Source: Somniosus microcephalus (lineage: Eukaryota). From it: DNA of 64,000 nucleotides. How positions within the stretch are numbered: position 1 is the stretch's first letter; each line of letters begins with the position of its first letter. Positions 1-10,340 of the stretch are shown piece by piece. The notes beneath the pieces were generated by a model that ran no database searches, was not told the origin of the DNA, and saw only the letters and a program-made list of their open reading frames with translations. Both the position numbers and the translations under genes were made by a program. The stretch is from the NCBI GenBank assembly GCA_052327205.1, contig CM126207.1, forward strand, positions 234,050,001 to 234,114,000, in the 5' to 3' direction.

Positions 1-1010
1 CCGACCCATCTAGGCGATCGAAACTCGTCCAGGAGATCACTCTGTCCCTGTATTTCCTGCAGTACTTACCTTCTGTAAGAGGTGATCTCCACCCCAGCCA
101 GGAACAGGCTCAATTTACTCTTGAAGGACTCCTAGCTGGCAGCCTGTTCCCGAGGTCTCCACTAATCCCTGTGAATAGAACCATCTCCTGAAATCTAACA
201 CAGAATTAGAACACAAGAAGTAGGAGCAGGACCAGGCTGCACGAATGTACGAAGTGTGGTAAATAAGGTTGGTGAGCTGCAGGCGCAATTAGAAACATGG
301 GAATATGATGTCGTGGCGATAACGGAGACCTAGGTCAAAAAAGGGCAGGATTGGGTACTAAATATTCCTGGATACAAGGTGTTCAGGAAAGAAAGGAGGT
401 GGTGTGGCAGTATTGATTAAGGAGAATGTTACAGTGCCTGAAGGGGTCAAGGACAGAATCTATTTTGTTAGAGTTAAGAAACAATAGAGGTGCCATTACA
501 CTACGAGGTGTATTCTATAGACCACCAACTAGTGGGAAGGATATAGAGGAGCAAATTTGCAGGGAAATTACAAAGAGGTGTAAGAACTATAGAGTAGTGA
601 TAACGGGGTACTTCAGCTATCCTAATATAGGCTGGGATAGTAAAAGTGTAAAGGGCAGAGAGGGGGAAGAATTTCTGAAGTGTGTTCAGGAGAACTTTCT
701 TGATCAGTACATTCTGGCCCAATGAGGAAGGAGGCATTACTGGATCTGGTTCTGGGGAATGAGGTGGGTCAAGTAGAGCAAGGGTCAGTAGGTGAACATT
801 TAGGGAACAGTGAGCACAGTATCATAAGGTTTAGATTAGCTATGAAAAAGTACAGGGAGCAATCTAGAGTAAAAATATTTAATTGGAGGAAGGCTAATTT
901 CAATGGGTTGAGAATGGATCTGACCCGGGTAAATTGGAATCAAAGATTCACAGGCAAAACTGTAATCGAACGATGGGCTGCCTTTAAAGAGGAGATGGTT
1001 CGGATACAGT

Positions 1011-1186
1011 CATAAGAACAAAAGAAGATAAGAAATAGGAGCAGGAGTAGGCCATTTGGCCCCTCGAGCCTGTTCCGCCATTCAGTAAGATCATGGCTGA
1101 TCTGATCTTGGCCTTAGCTCCCCTTTTCTGCCTGTTCCCCATAAGCCCTGGCTCCCCTGTAGTTCAAAAATCTGTCTATCTCAGCC
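1011..1186 (-). mobile_element. 5'-truncated CR1 3' end nested antisense in the host CR1
   Basis: CATAAGAA-type tail followed by TAGGAGCAGGAGTAGGCCATT...CTCGAGCCTGTTCCGCCATTC. It interrupts host ORF2 between ...GATACAGT and GAGGTACATT. Confidence 0.9.
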
Positions 1187-2400
1187 ATTTTTTTGAGGTA
1201 CATTCCCACGAGGGGAAAAGGTAGGGCAACCAAAGCCAGAACTCCCTGGATGATGAAAGAGATAGAGAGTAAGATAAAGCAGAGGAAGAGGGCGTATGAC
1301 AGATGTGAGGTTGAGAATACAAGTGAGAACTAGGCTGAATATAGAAAGCTCAGAGGGGAACTGAAAAAGGAAATAAGAGGGACAAAGAGAAAGTATGAGA
1401 ATAGATTGGCAGCTAACATAAAGGAAATCCAAAAGTCTTCTACTGGCATATAAATAGTAAACGGGTAGTAAGAGGAGGGGTGGGGCCGATTAGGGACCAA
1501 AATGGAGACCTATGCATGGAGGCAGAGGGAATGGCTGAGGTACTAAATGAGTACTTTGCATCTGTCTTTACCAAGGAAGAAGATGCTGCCAAAGTCATAG
1601 TGAAAGAGGAGGTAGTTGAGATACTGGATGGGATAAAAATTTATAAAGAGGTAGTAAAAAGGCTGGCTGTACTTAAAGTAGATAAGTCACCAGGACCGGA
1701 TGGGTTGCATCCTAGGATGCCGAGGGAAGTAAAGGTGGAAATTGCAGAGGTACAGGTCATAATCTTCCAATCCTCTTTGGATATGGAGGTGGTGCCAGAG
1801 GACTGGAGAATTGCAAATATTACACCCTTGTTCAAAAAAGGGTGTAAGGATAAACCCAGCATCTACAGACCTGTCGGTTTAACCTCAGTGGTGGGGAAGC
1901 TTTTAGAAATGAAAATCCAGGGCAAAATTAACTCACTTGGACAAGTGTAGATTAACTAAGGAAAGCCTGCATGGATCTGTCAAAGGCAAATTGTGTTTAA
2001 CTAACTTGATCGAGTTTTTTGGTGCGGTAACAGAGAGGGTTGATGAGGGCAATGCAGTTGATGTGGTGTACATGGACTTCCAAAAGGCGTTTGATAAAGT
2101 GCCACGTAATAGGCTTGCCAGCAAAGTTGAAGATAATGGAATAAAAGGGACAGTGGCAGCATGGATACGAAATTGGCTAAGTGACAGGAAACAGAGAGAT
2201 TAGTAGTGAACGGTTGTTTATCGGACTGGAGGAAGGTATACAGTGGTGTTCCCCGGGGTCGGTACTAGGACCACTGCTTTTCTTGATATATATTAATGAT
2301 TAGACTTAGGTGTACAGGGCACAATGTCAAAATTTGCAGATGATGCAAAACTTCGAAATATAGTGAACAGTGAGGAGGACAGTGATACACTTCAGGAGGA

Positions 2401-3335
2401 CATAGAAACATAGAAGATAGGAGCAGGAGTAGGCCATTCAGCCCCTCGAGCCTGCTCCGCCATTTGATGAGATCATGGCTGATCATCCAAACTCAGTACC
2501 CCGTACCTGCCTTCTCCCCATATCCCTTGATACCTTTAGCTCTAAGAAATATATCTAACTCCTTCTTGAATATATTTAAAGACTTGGCCTCAACCGCCTT
2601 CTGTGGTAGAGAATTCCACAGGTTCACCACTCTCTGGGTGAAGAAATTCTTCCTCATCTCTGTCCTAAATGGCTTACCCCTTATCCTTAGAATATGACCC
2701 CTGGTTCTGGACTCTCCAACCATCAGGAACATTCTACCTGCGTCTAGTTTGTCCAGACCTGTCAGAATTTTATAAGTTTCGATGAGATCCCCTCTCATTC
2801 TTCTAAACTCCAGCGAGTATAAGCCCAATCGACCCAATCTCTCCTCATACGTCATTCCTGCCATCCCAGGGATCAGCCTTGTGAATCTTCGCTGAACTCC
2901 TTCCATGGCAAGAACATCCTTCCTCAGATAAGGTGACCAAAACTGCACACAGTACTCAAGGTGTGGTCTCACCAAGGCCCTGTACAACTGCAGCAGGACA
3001 TCCTTGCTCCTGTACTCAAACCCTTTTGCTATGAAGGCCAACATACCATTTGCCTTCTTCACCGCCTGCTGCACCTGCATGCTTACCTTCAACGACTGGT
3101 GCACAAGGACACCCAGGTCTCGTTGCACTTCCCCTTCTCCCAATCTATTGCCATTCAGATAATAGTCTGCCTTTCTGTTTTTGACACCAAAGTGGATAAC
3201 CTCGCATTTGTCCACGTTGTATTGCATCTGCCACGCTTCTGCCCAATCACCCAACCTGTCCAAATCATCTTGGAGTTTCTCGGTATCCTCCTCGCAGCAC
3301 ACACGCCCACCCAGCTTTGTGTCGTCTGCAAACTT
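2401..3335 (-). mobile_element. Younger 5'-truncated CR1 (RT C-terminal part open) nested antisense in the host CR1
   Basis: Uninterrupted minus frame KFADDTKLGG...HLEYCVQFWSP...GIKGYGEKAGTGY ending at 2493, CATAGAAACATAG tail at 2401. Host frame LQEDI...LVEWAD resumes at about 3336. Confidence 0.95.
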
Positions 3336-4358
3336 GGTAGAATGGGCAGACACGTGGCAGATGAAATTTAATGCAGAAAAGTGTGAAGTGATACATTTTG
3401 GTAGGAAGAACGAGGAGAGGCAATATAAACTAAAGGGTACAATTCTAAAGAGGGTGCATGAACAGAGAGACCTGGGGGTGCACAAATCACAAATCATTGC
3501 AGGTGGCAGGGCCAATTAAGAAAGCAGTTAAAAAAGCTTATGGGATCCTGGCTTTCATAACTAGAGGAGGCATAGAGTGCAAAAGCAAGGAAGTTATGAT
3601 GAACCTTTATAAAACACTGGTTTGGCCTCAACTGGATTATTGTGTCAAATTCTGGGCACCGCACTTTAGGAAGGATGTGAAGGCCTTAGAGAGGTTGCAG
3701 AAAAGATTTACAAGAATGATTCCAGGGATGAGGGACTTCAGCTACATGGATAGACTGGAGAAGCTGGGGTTGTTCTCCTTAGAGCAGAGAAAATTGAGAG
3801 GAGATTTGATAGAGGTGTTCAAAATCTTGAGGGGTCTGGACAGCGTAGATAGAGAGAAACTGTTCCCATTGGTGGAAGTGTTGAGAACCAGAGGACACAG
3901 ATTTAAGGTGATTGGCAGAAGGACCAAAGGCGACATGAGGAAAAACTTTTTACGCAGCGAGTGGTTAGGATCTGGAATGTACTGGCTGAAAGGGTGGCAG
4001 AGGCAGATTCAATCATGGCTTTCAAAAAGGAATTAGATAAGTACCTGAAGGGAAAGAAAATCGCAGGGCTATGGGGAAAGGGTGGGGGAGTGGGACTAGC
4101 TGAAGTGCTCTTGCAGAGAGCCTGCACGGGCTCGATGGGCCAAATGGCCTCCTTCTATGTTGTAACCATTCTACGATACTATGATAAATACATTTTGATT
4201 TTGCTTGATTTAGATTTTGTCACTGTTTGCTGTCCCTCTGAACCTGTGTAAGTGTCCCAGAATCACATCAAATGATGTTCACAGGAGGGTTTTGTAACAT
4301 CACCATTCAAATCAGAAGAATATAATTAGCAGTAGATTATGGGGAAATTACATTGATG

Positions 4359-4691
4359 CAGGAAACTTTCGATTTACCGGCACCGAAATAACCGGAAATC
4401 TCGGTTAACCGGCAAAATTCAGGAGTAGGTTCAGGTAAGTTTTACTTCATATTGTACTTGCCTTCCTCGATCTGTTGCTGTGCAAGGGTGTGGCTGCAGC
4501 TGTTGCTAAGCTACAGAGACGCTTGGAACTTGTGGCCATTGTTCTGCACCTGTTGCTAAGCAATAGGGTTTGTTGCTTTATATGGAGCTCTCAGCTCTCC
4601 GTATCTTTTACTATAGCTCTCGGTTATCCAGAATTTTTGATGAACCGGCACCACGTCGGTCCCGTCGGTGCCGGATAAAAAAAGTTTCCTG
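4359..4691. mobile_element. Tc1/mariner (pogo/Tigger-like) MITE, copy 1
   Basis: TIRs CAGGAAACTTT...TTACCGGCACCGA and TCGGTGCCGGATAA...AAAGTTTCCTG; 333 bp; homologous along its length to 19626-19959; flanked by TG on both sides. Confidence 0.85.
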
Positions 4692-4907
4692 TGGTATGTT
4701 TTGTAAATTCTCAAATCAGAAACCTCCATATACATATGCATAAACTACTCCGATGTGGTGAAATATTTTGGCCTAAAATAAAATCTATTTCCTGCACTTC
4801 ATTCTCCTCCTGCTTTCATTAATGAAATAGTTTTAATAATACAACTTCACCACTCATTACCTTTATATATGGGTAACTGGGTCTTTTTTTCCAAAGAATT
4901 TAAAGAA

Positions 4908-5372
4908 TATAGAAACAGGAGTAGACCATTTAGTCCCTCGAGCTTTTCTGCCATTCAGTTAGATCATTTACCCGCCTTCATTCCATATCTCTTGATACCC
5001 TTACCTAACTAAAATCTATCGATCTCATTCTTGAATACTTCAATTGACCCAGCATCCACAGCCTTTTAGGAACGAGTTCCAGATTTCCACTATCCTTCCT
5101 ATAAAAAAGTGCTTTCTGATTTCACTCCAAAATGATCTAGCTCTAAATCTAAGATTAAGACCTTTTGTTCTAGATTCCCCCACCAGAGGAAATAGTTTGT
5201 ACCTACCATATCGAATCCCTTAATCCTTTTAAATACCTCGATTAGATTACCCCTCAACCATCTAAACTCAAGGGAATAGAAGCCAGGTTTGTGCAACCTG
5301 TCCTCATAATTTAACCCTTTAAGCCCTGGTAGCAACAACATCAAAGGATGTTCCCTTTATCCCTACTCTCTG
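4908..5372 (-). mobile_element. CR1 3' part with internal deletion; left piece of a CR1 split by the Harbinger element
   Basis: ATAGAAACAGGAGTAGACCATT tail; minus ORF PGLKGLNYEDRLHKPGFYSLE. The end ...CCCTACTCTCTG joins cleanly to TCTCCTACTAACC at 9561. Confidence 0.85.
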
Positions 5373-6520
5373 GGGCCGATTTTCCCGCAGGTGCGGGGAA
5401 TTGTTGGGTTCCCCGAATGTCAGGTTCTGACACGAATCTAAATGGGTCTGCCAGCTGGATGCAATTTTCGCACATTTGGCCAATTAATTTCCAGCATGTG
5501 GGCACCCTTGCTAATTGACTATTTCCAGTCAGAAAGCCCCACAGTATGATGTCATCATTCGTGGTGCTTTTAAAGTCTACAGCAAGCTTTTCAACCTCTG
5601 CAGGCTTCCCAACGAGCCGTCCAGTATGGCAGAGGAGCCTGCAGCAGCTGTTGCCAGTGGCAGACCCCGAGCTGCCGCCAAATTTGACGAAACCTCACTG
5701 CAGACATTAGTGGATGGGGTTAGGGCTCACAGGGAGGTCCTCTTCCATAGGTCAGGGAGGAAGAGGCCTCCCAATGAGACCAGGGCTGCTTGGATGGAGG
5801 TGGCAGCAGAGGTGAACTCTCAAGGAGTCACCAGAAGAACATGGATGCAGTGCAGGAAGCGATTCCATGACCTTCACCATACAGGAAAAGTAAGTATGAA
5901 GTTTCCATCACCCTCAATCTGATCTCCATTGCCTTTCCCCAACAGCACTCAGCTTCAGCACTCTCTTCCTCCACATCCCACTTCACAGTCACATCCATGC
6001 ACCCTTACCCATTCCCTCTCTCTCTATGCTCACATTCACATAACTATTCCACCATGCAGCCCTCACACTGCCTCTCACTCTGATGCTTGGAACACAACTG
6101 ACAACACACAGGGAGGGCCCTTGGTCTTGCAGCCTCACACCATCTTTGTCTCCTTCTAAGTATCTATGCTATGCAATCTCTACACTCACTCCTGCACTCT
6201 CACTCAAACTCCACTTGTCTCCCTCATTGCAGGAAAAGAGAGCTCACAACAACAGAGAGCGAGCCAGGCCTGGAGGAGGCCTACCCTCAATAGCCCACCT
6301 GACCCCCTGGGAGGAAGGAGTGCTGGAGATTGTCGGGGCTGACGTGGCTGCGGAAGCTGGGGAAGGAGAGACAGGAGCAAGCCCGCAAGCTGGTGACAGA
6401 ATAGTTTTCCATCTCTCTCATTGACATAGCATGAGTCGCTGTTATGATTCTGAAGCTACATCATTTGGACTTATGAGCATCTGCAAAATCCAATGTGCTA
6501 CAATGTAGCCTTGACATCAT

Positions 6521-7222
6521 GGCCTAGAAATTGAGTGGGCTTAGCGCCCATTTTGCGGCGCTAGAGGGCATTGCGCTGGACTTACAGCCGGTTTTGAAAT
6601 TGACTAGGGCCCAACATCGGCGTTACACCGGTAGCGCTGCGCCGGCACCGATGACGTCATCGGTGTGCGCAGCGTCCCGGTTGCCGTGGTGACGGGCCCC
6701 AGCGCCGAAATTCAGTTGCGGCCGCCTCGCCCGTGGCAGCCGCAACTAAGACTCTGGCAACAGAGTCTTACACGACTTTGCGCCGGCGCATAAAGGTGGA
6801 GCGGCGGCCGGCCGCTTTCCCGCCGGCCGCCTGCCCGCACCTCCCTCCCCGGACTCCCCCACCGCCCCCCCCCCCCGCGGAACAGATGCTTCTCGGCTGC
6901 GAGCCCGGCACTTCCCCGAGGTGCCGGGCTCATTTTTGTGGCGATTTAACCGGCCAGCGGGCGGGTGCAGGCAGCTCCTCCTTAACTGAAGGAGGAGGCC
7001 TGCACTTCCCGAGCCTGCCGCACCGCATCGGGCGCTGCAGCGCCGGAATAGCGCCGCAATGCGGCGCGTAGCGCCAGTTTTCAGGCGCAAACAGCCTTCA
7101 GTAGCGCCGGCAGCCGTTTGGGCGCGGCGCTACTGAATTTTTGGCGCGCACAGCGCGACTTAGCACCGGCGCTAAATTTCCGGCGTTAAGCCCCGGCGCA
7201 GCGCAAACTCAATTTCTAGGCC
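6521..7222. mobile_element. GC/CpG-rich Harbinger-type MITE nested in intron 2 of the Myb/SANT gene
   Basis: Perfect 16-bp TIR GGCCTAGAAATTGAGT; TSD CAT (6518-6520, 7223-7225); many TAGCGCC/GGCGCTA subterminal repeats. Confidence 0.92.
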
Positions 7223-7733
7223 CATATCTCTAACTCTTTCCTTTACTCCCCCACAGGACCATCCAGAGCCCCCATCCCCACTGTCGAGGAGGAAGAGGCT
7301 ATGCAGCCAGACTCCTCAGAGGAAGCTCCAACCTCTGAGGGCGCAGCGTCAGCAGAAGTAAGTGCACCCAGCACCAGCGCAGACACTCACACCTCGGGGG
7401 GGACCTTCGGGACATAGAGTAGTGTTGTCACCTGGTGTTTCACAGCTCACAAGTGAGCATCAGCAGATTGTGGAGACAGGGACAGCAGTGGAGAGTCCTC
7501 GTTGGAGGGCGCAGGCCTCTGCCAGCTCAGCTCAGCTGCATGTCGACCCTATGCCTCTGGGTCCATCCGCAAGAGAAGAGGTGATGGATCTCCATGCACA
7601 GATGCAGGAGTCTCTGGCAGGTTTCGTCTCCAGGGTCGCTGCGAGTGTGGAGCGAATGGAGGAGTCCATAGCAAACATGAACAGAGCCTTATTGGAGTCA
7701 TTGGCGCATGAACGCATCACCACGGAAAGGCTG

Positions 7734-7826
7734 GCTGTGGCCGAGGAGAGGAGGGCTGTGGCCGAGGAGAGGAGGGCTATGGCTGAGGAGAGGAGGGCTA
7801 CGGCCTAGGAGAGGAGGGCTACGGCC
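7734..7826 (+). repeat. 21-bp coding tandem repeat, about 4.4 copies, encoding AVAEERR-like heptads
   Basis: Units of GCTGTGGCCGAGGAGAGGAGG start at 7734, 7755, 7776, 7797 and (partial) 7818. Confidence 0.95.
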
Positions 7827-8618
7827 ATGGAGGAGCTTAGTCGCCAGGGTATGGAAAACATGGTGAGTGCTCAGAATAGAATGACATCTCTTGAGGAGCG
7901 ATGGGCATCTATTGAGCACCGAAACCAGACCTTCATGGAAGTCCTTCTGAGCAGGACTTCCAGTGCAGATCCGAGTCCCCATGGCCCCCCTGATGTGCAG
8001 CAAGGTGCTCTCCAGCCACTTTCAGGCACTAAGGGGGAGCTGACCCTTGAGAGGGAGGTTGTTGGCACACCTCAAGGAAGTGGGGGCTCCTCTCCACGCG
8101 CTCACACTTCCATGCCACTTCAGAGCCCTTGGTCAGAGCCCCGCTGGAGTCCACACCCAAGTGAGATAGCGTCTTAACCCCTGCACAGCCGCAGGAGCAG
8201 CAGACTGCTGGCGAGCCCTCACAGGCTCACCACCCCAGAGGATGCCCGCCAAAGGTGTCGAGACAGGAGCAGCAGGAAAGTGAGCAAGGGGCCTCCACAT
8301 CTGCTGAAGCCACAGGGGTACCACTACGTAGGAGCACGCGTAAGAGAAAAATAAAGCACCACAAATCACAAGAGTAGTCACTTGGGTGAAAAGTTTTGTA
8401 TATAGTTTTAATGCCATCAGTTTCTTGCACATAAAAAATCTGATGGCAACTGCTGCAGTTGTGGCGTCTCTCATTTGGCGAATGGGGATTTCACATTGAG
8501 GCCTTAGGATTACTTGCAGATGTCAGTAAGCTGGTCAAATAGGTAGAAATGCGCAGGGATTGGCCACTGTCCATGGTCAGGTAAGAAGCAGCGAGGCTAC
8601 AGTGTTTGATGTACCAGG

Positions 8619-9040
8619 CTAAGCAAATCTGGCCAGGATGAGTGCGTTCCTTGCTTTCCGGCCAGCAATGTTCTCGCGTACTGGTGCCGCTGATTGATGG
8701 GCCTCTGCAGGATGCTCGTTTCCGGCCTCCTCCTCCTCCTCCTCCTCAGCATCATCCTCATCCGAGGCGGCTCTGTGAGGAGCCTCTTGGTCCTGCGGAA
8801 TTTGCAAGCCACGACGCTGTGCCATGTTGTGAAGCACACAACAAACCACGACAATTTTGGAGACCCTGGCTGCTGAGTACTGTAGGGCTCCACCTGATCT
8901 ATCGAGGCATCTGAAGTGCATCTTCAGCAATCCGATGGTTTGCTCGATAATGCTGGTCCTGGTTGCTGGATCTGCTGCAGCCTCCTCTGCTGTTGGAGAT
9001 CCTCTAATGCCAAGAAGGGAAGGAACAAAAGGCCTCCCAT
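8619..9040 (-). pseudogene. Harbinger (HARBI1-like) transposase remnant, likely N-terminus joined to C-terminus by a large internal deletion
   Basis: C-terminal IIEQTIGLLKMHFRCLDRSGGALQY...IVVVCCVLHNMA...GRKARNALILARFA is typical of HARBI1-family transposases. ATG at 9040 (MGGLLFLPFLALEDLQQQRR) is in another frame. The region holding the two catalytic Asp residues is absent. Confidence 0.85.
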
Positions 9041-9557
9041 GCTTCTGGCAGATGCCTCCGTTGAGGAAGTGCTGAGTGAGGGTGGTGAGAGGGGCTTCCC
9101 AGGAGCTCACACTGGAGAAGTGTGTGAGGCTCCAACCTTCCACAGCTGTGCCTAAGCCTTGAACAAGTTGCCCCAAGCCTGAAACAACAAGGTCCTGCAA
9201 CCTACAAATGCTGTCTGATTAAATATCTTCTTTCCTGATTGACCTGCAGCTGAAAGTAAGCAAGCCGACATTGTTCACGCCAGGTTTCATCAGCGGTGTT
9301 CCCACCAGGCGTGGTTTACGTGGGGAAAGGCTGAAAATTGCAAGGGCCCCTTAAAATGGCATTATAGATGCCAATTATTGCTGATTAGGCTCCCGACGAC
9401 CAGTCCCGCCTGCTGCGGGCGGGATTGATTCGGGTCGCTTTGAAACGCCGGGGCAAAAGTCGGACGGGGCGGGGAATCAGGCGGGATTTTTGCTATTTCC
9501 CCCCCCCCCCCCACACGCCTGAATCCCCGCCTGACGGCTCCAGGAAAATCGAGGCCT

Positions 9558-10340
9558 CTGTCTCCTACTAACCAATTACCAATCCATGTCGCAAGTTTAC
9601 CTCCAATTCCATGCGCTCTCATTTTTGCTAATAATGTCTTGTGTGGAACCTTATCAAATACCTCCTTCTGGAAGTTCATATTGAAAACACCCATTGACAC
9701 TGCCCCACCCACCATGCGAGTGACCTCCTCAAAAAAAATCAACCAGAATAGTCATACATGTCCTACCCTCTACAAATTCAGCTGATTCTCTTTGATCACT
9801 GATGCCTGTCTAATTGCTCAGTCACTCAGTCTCTAATGGTAGATTCCAGTAACTTCTCCACAATTGATGTTAAACTGGCAGGTCTGTAGTTACCTGGTTT
9901 CGCCCTCCCTCCCTCCCTTCTTAAATAATGGAGTAACATTTGCAATTTTCCAATCCAAAGGTACAATTCCTGAATCTAGTAATCTTTGGAAAATTATAAC
10001 TAATGCATCTGCAATTTCTTCCCCTATTTCTTTTAGTACCCTGGGGTGGAAACCATTTTATTCTCCATTACCTATTTTTTACTTATATTAAATCTACTAA
10101 GCTCATCCCCTTGACTTATTTTTAGGTTCCCTTGTACCGCTGATATTTTGTCCTCTTCCTCCACTTGAAAACAGACACAAAGTACTCACTTAACAAGTCT
10201 GTCATTTTCTTATTATCCATTATAATCTCGCCTGTATCTGTCTTCAATGGGCCACATTCTCCTTTGCCACTCTCTTTCTCTTAATATATTTATAAATAGA
10301 AACTTTTGCTATTAATTTTTTTGCACCTCTTACTTTCATT
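9558..10340 (-). mobile_element. CR1 RT fragment; right piece of the split CR1
   Basis: Minus translation FFEEVT...NFQK-VFDKVPHKTLLAKMRAHGIGGKLATWIGNWL; further upstream DWKIANVTPLFKKG. Right boundary approximate. Confidence 0.85.

Larger units (their letters stand above)
240..4185 (+). mobile_element. Degenerate CR1-clade LINE, ORF2 (AP endonuclease + reverse transcriptase) and 3' UTR, interrupted by two nested insertions
   Basis: Fragmented ORFs give APE motifs (NVRSV, VAITET, GVFYRPP, ALLDLVL) and RT motifs (KSPGPDG, YRPVGLTS, DFQKAFDKV, KFADD, LDYCVKFWAP, TRGH). Ends in an ATTCTACGATACTATGAT tail. Many stops and frameshifts. Confidence 0.95.
5626..8377 (+). pseudogene. Harbinger Myb/SANT-like DNA-binding protein gene, 3 exons (5626-5889, 6233-6392, 7257-about 8377), disrupted
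   Basis: Exon 1 has a Myb/SANT pattern (KFDETSLQTLVDGV...AWMEVAAEVN...RTWMQCRKRFHDL) and donor AAA|gtaagt. Acceptor ttgcag|GAAAAG, donor G|gtgaca and acceptor ccacag|GACC have compatible phases. Frameshift in the G run near 7396, TAG at 7806, basic tail RRSTRKRKIK. Confidence 0.85.
5373..9557. mobile_element. PIF/Harbinger DNA transposon, non-autonomous two-gene derivative
   Basis: Imperfect TIRs GGGCCGATTTTCC and GGAAAATCGAGGCCT; 3-bp TSD CTG (5370-5372, 9558-9560). Carries a Myb/SANT gene (+) and a transposase remnant (-) tail to tail. Confidence 0.9.

Noticed and set aside
18-90. CGAAAC-TC-GTC hammerhead-like half and a GGAGATCAC/GTGATCTCC inverted repeat at the window start
   Set aside because: No CUGANGA core is visible and the segment is cut by the window edge. 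It is probably part of a repeat and cannot be called.
2493-3515. 340-aa minus-strand ORF as an intact gene
   Set aside because: Chimeric: the first 60 or so residues are antisense host CR1 and the rest is a 5'-truncated RT fragment.
6712-7090. Overlapping Pro/Arg/Gly-rich ORFs and CpG-island-like composition
   Set aside because: They lie inside the GC-rich MITE 6521-7222, where stop-poor frames are expected.
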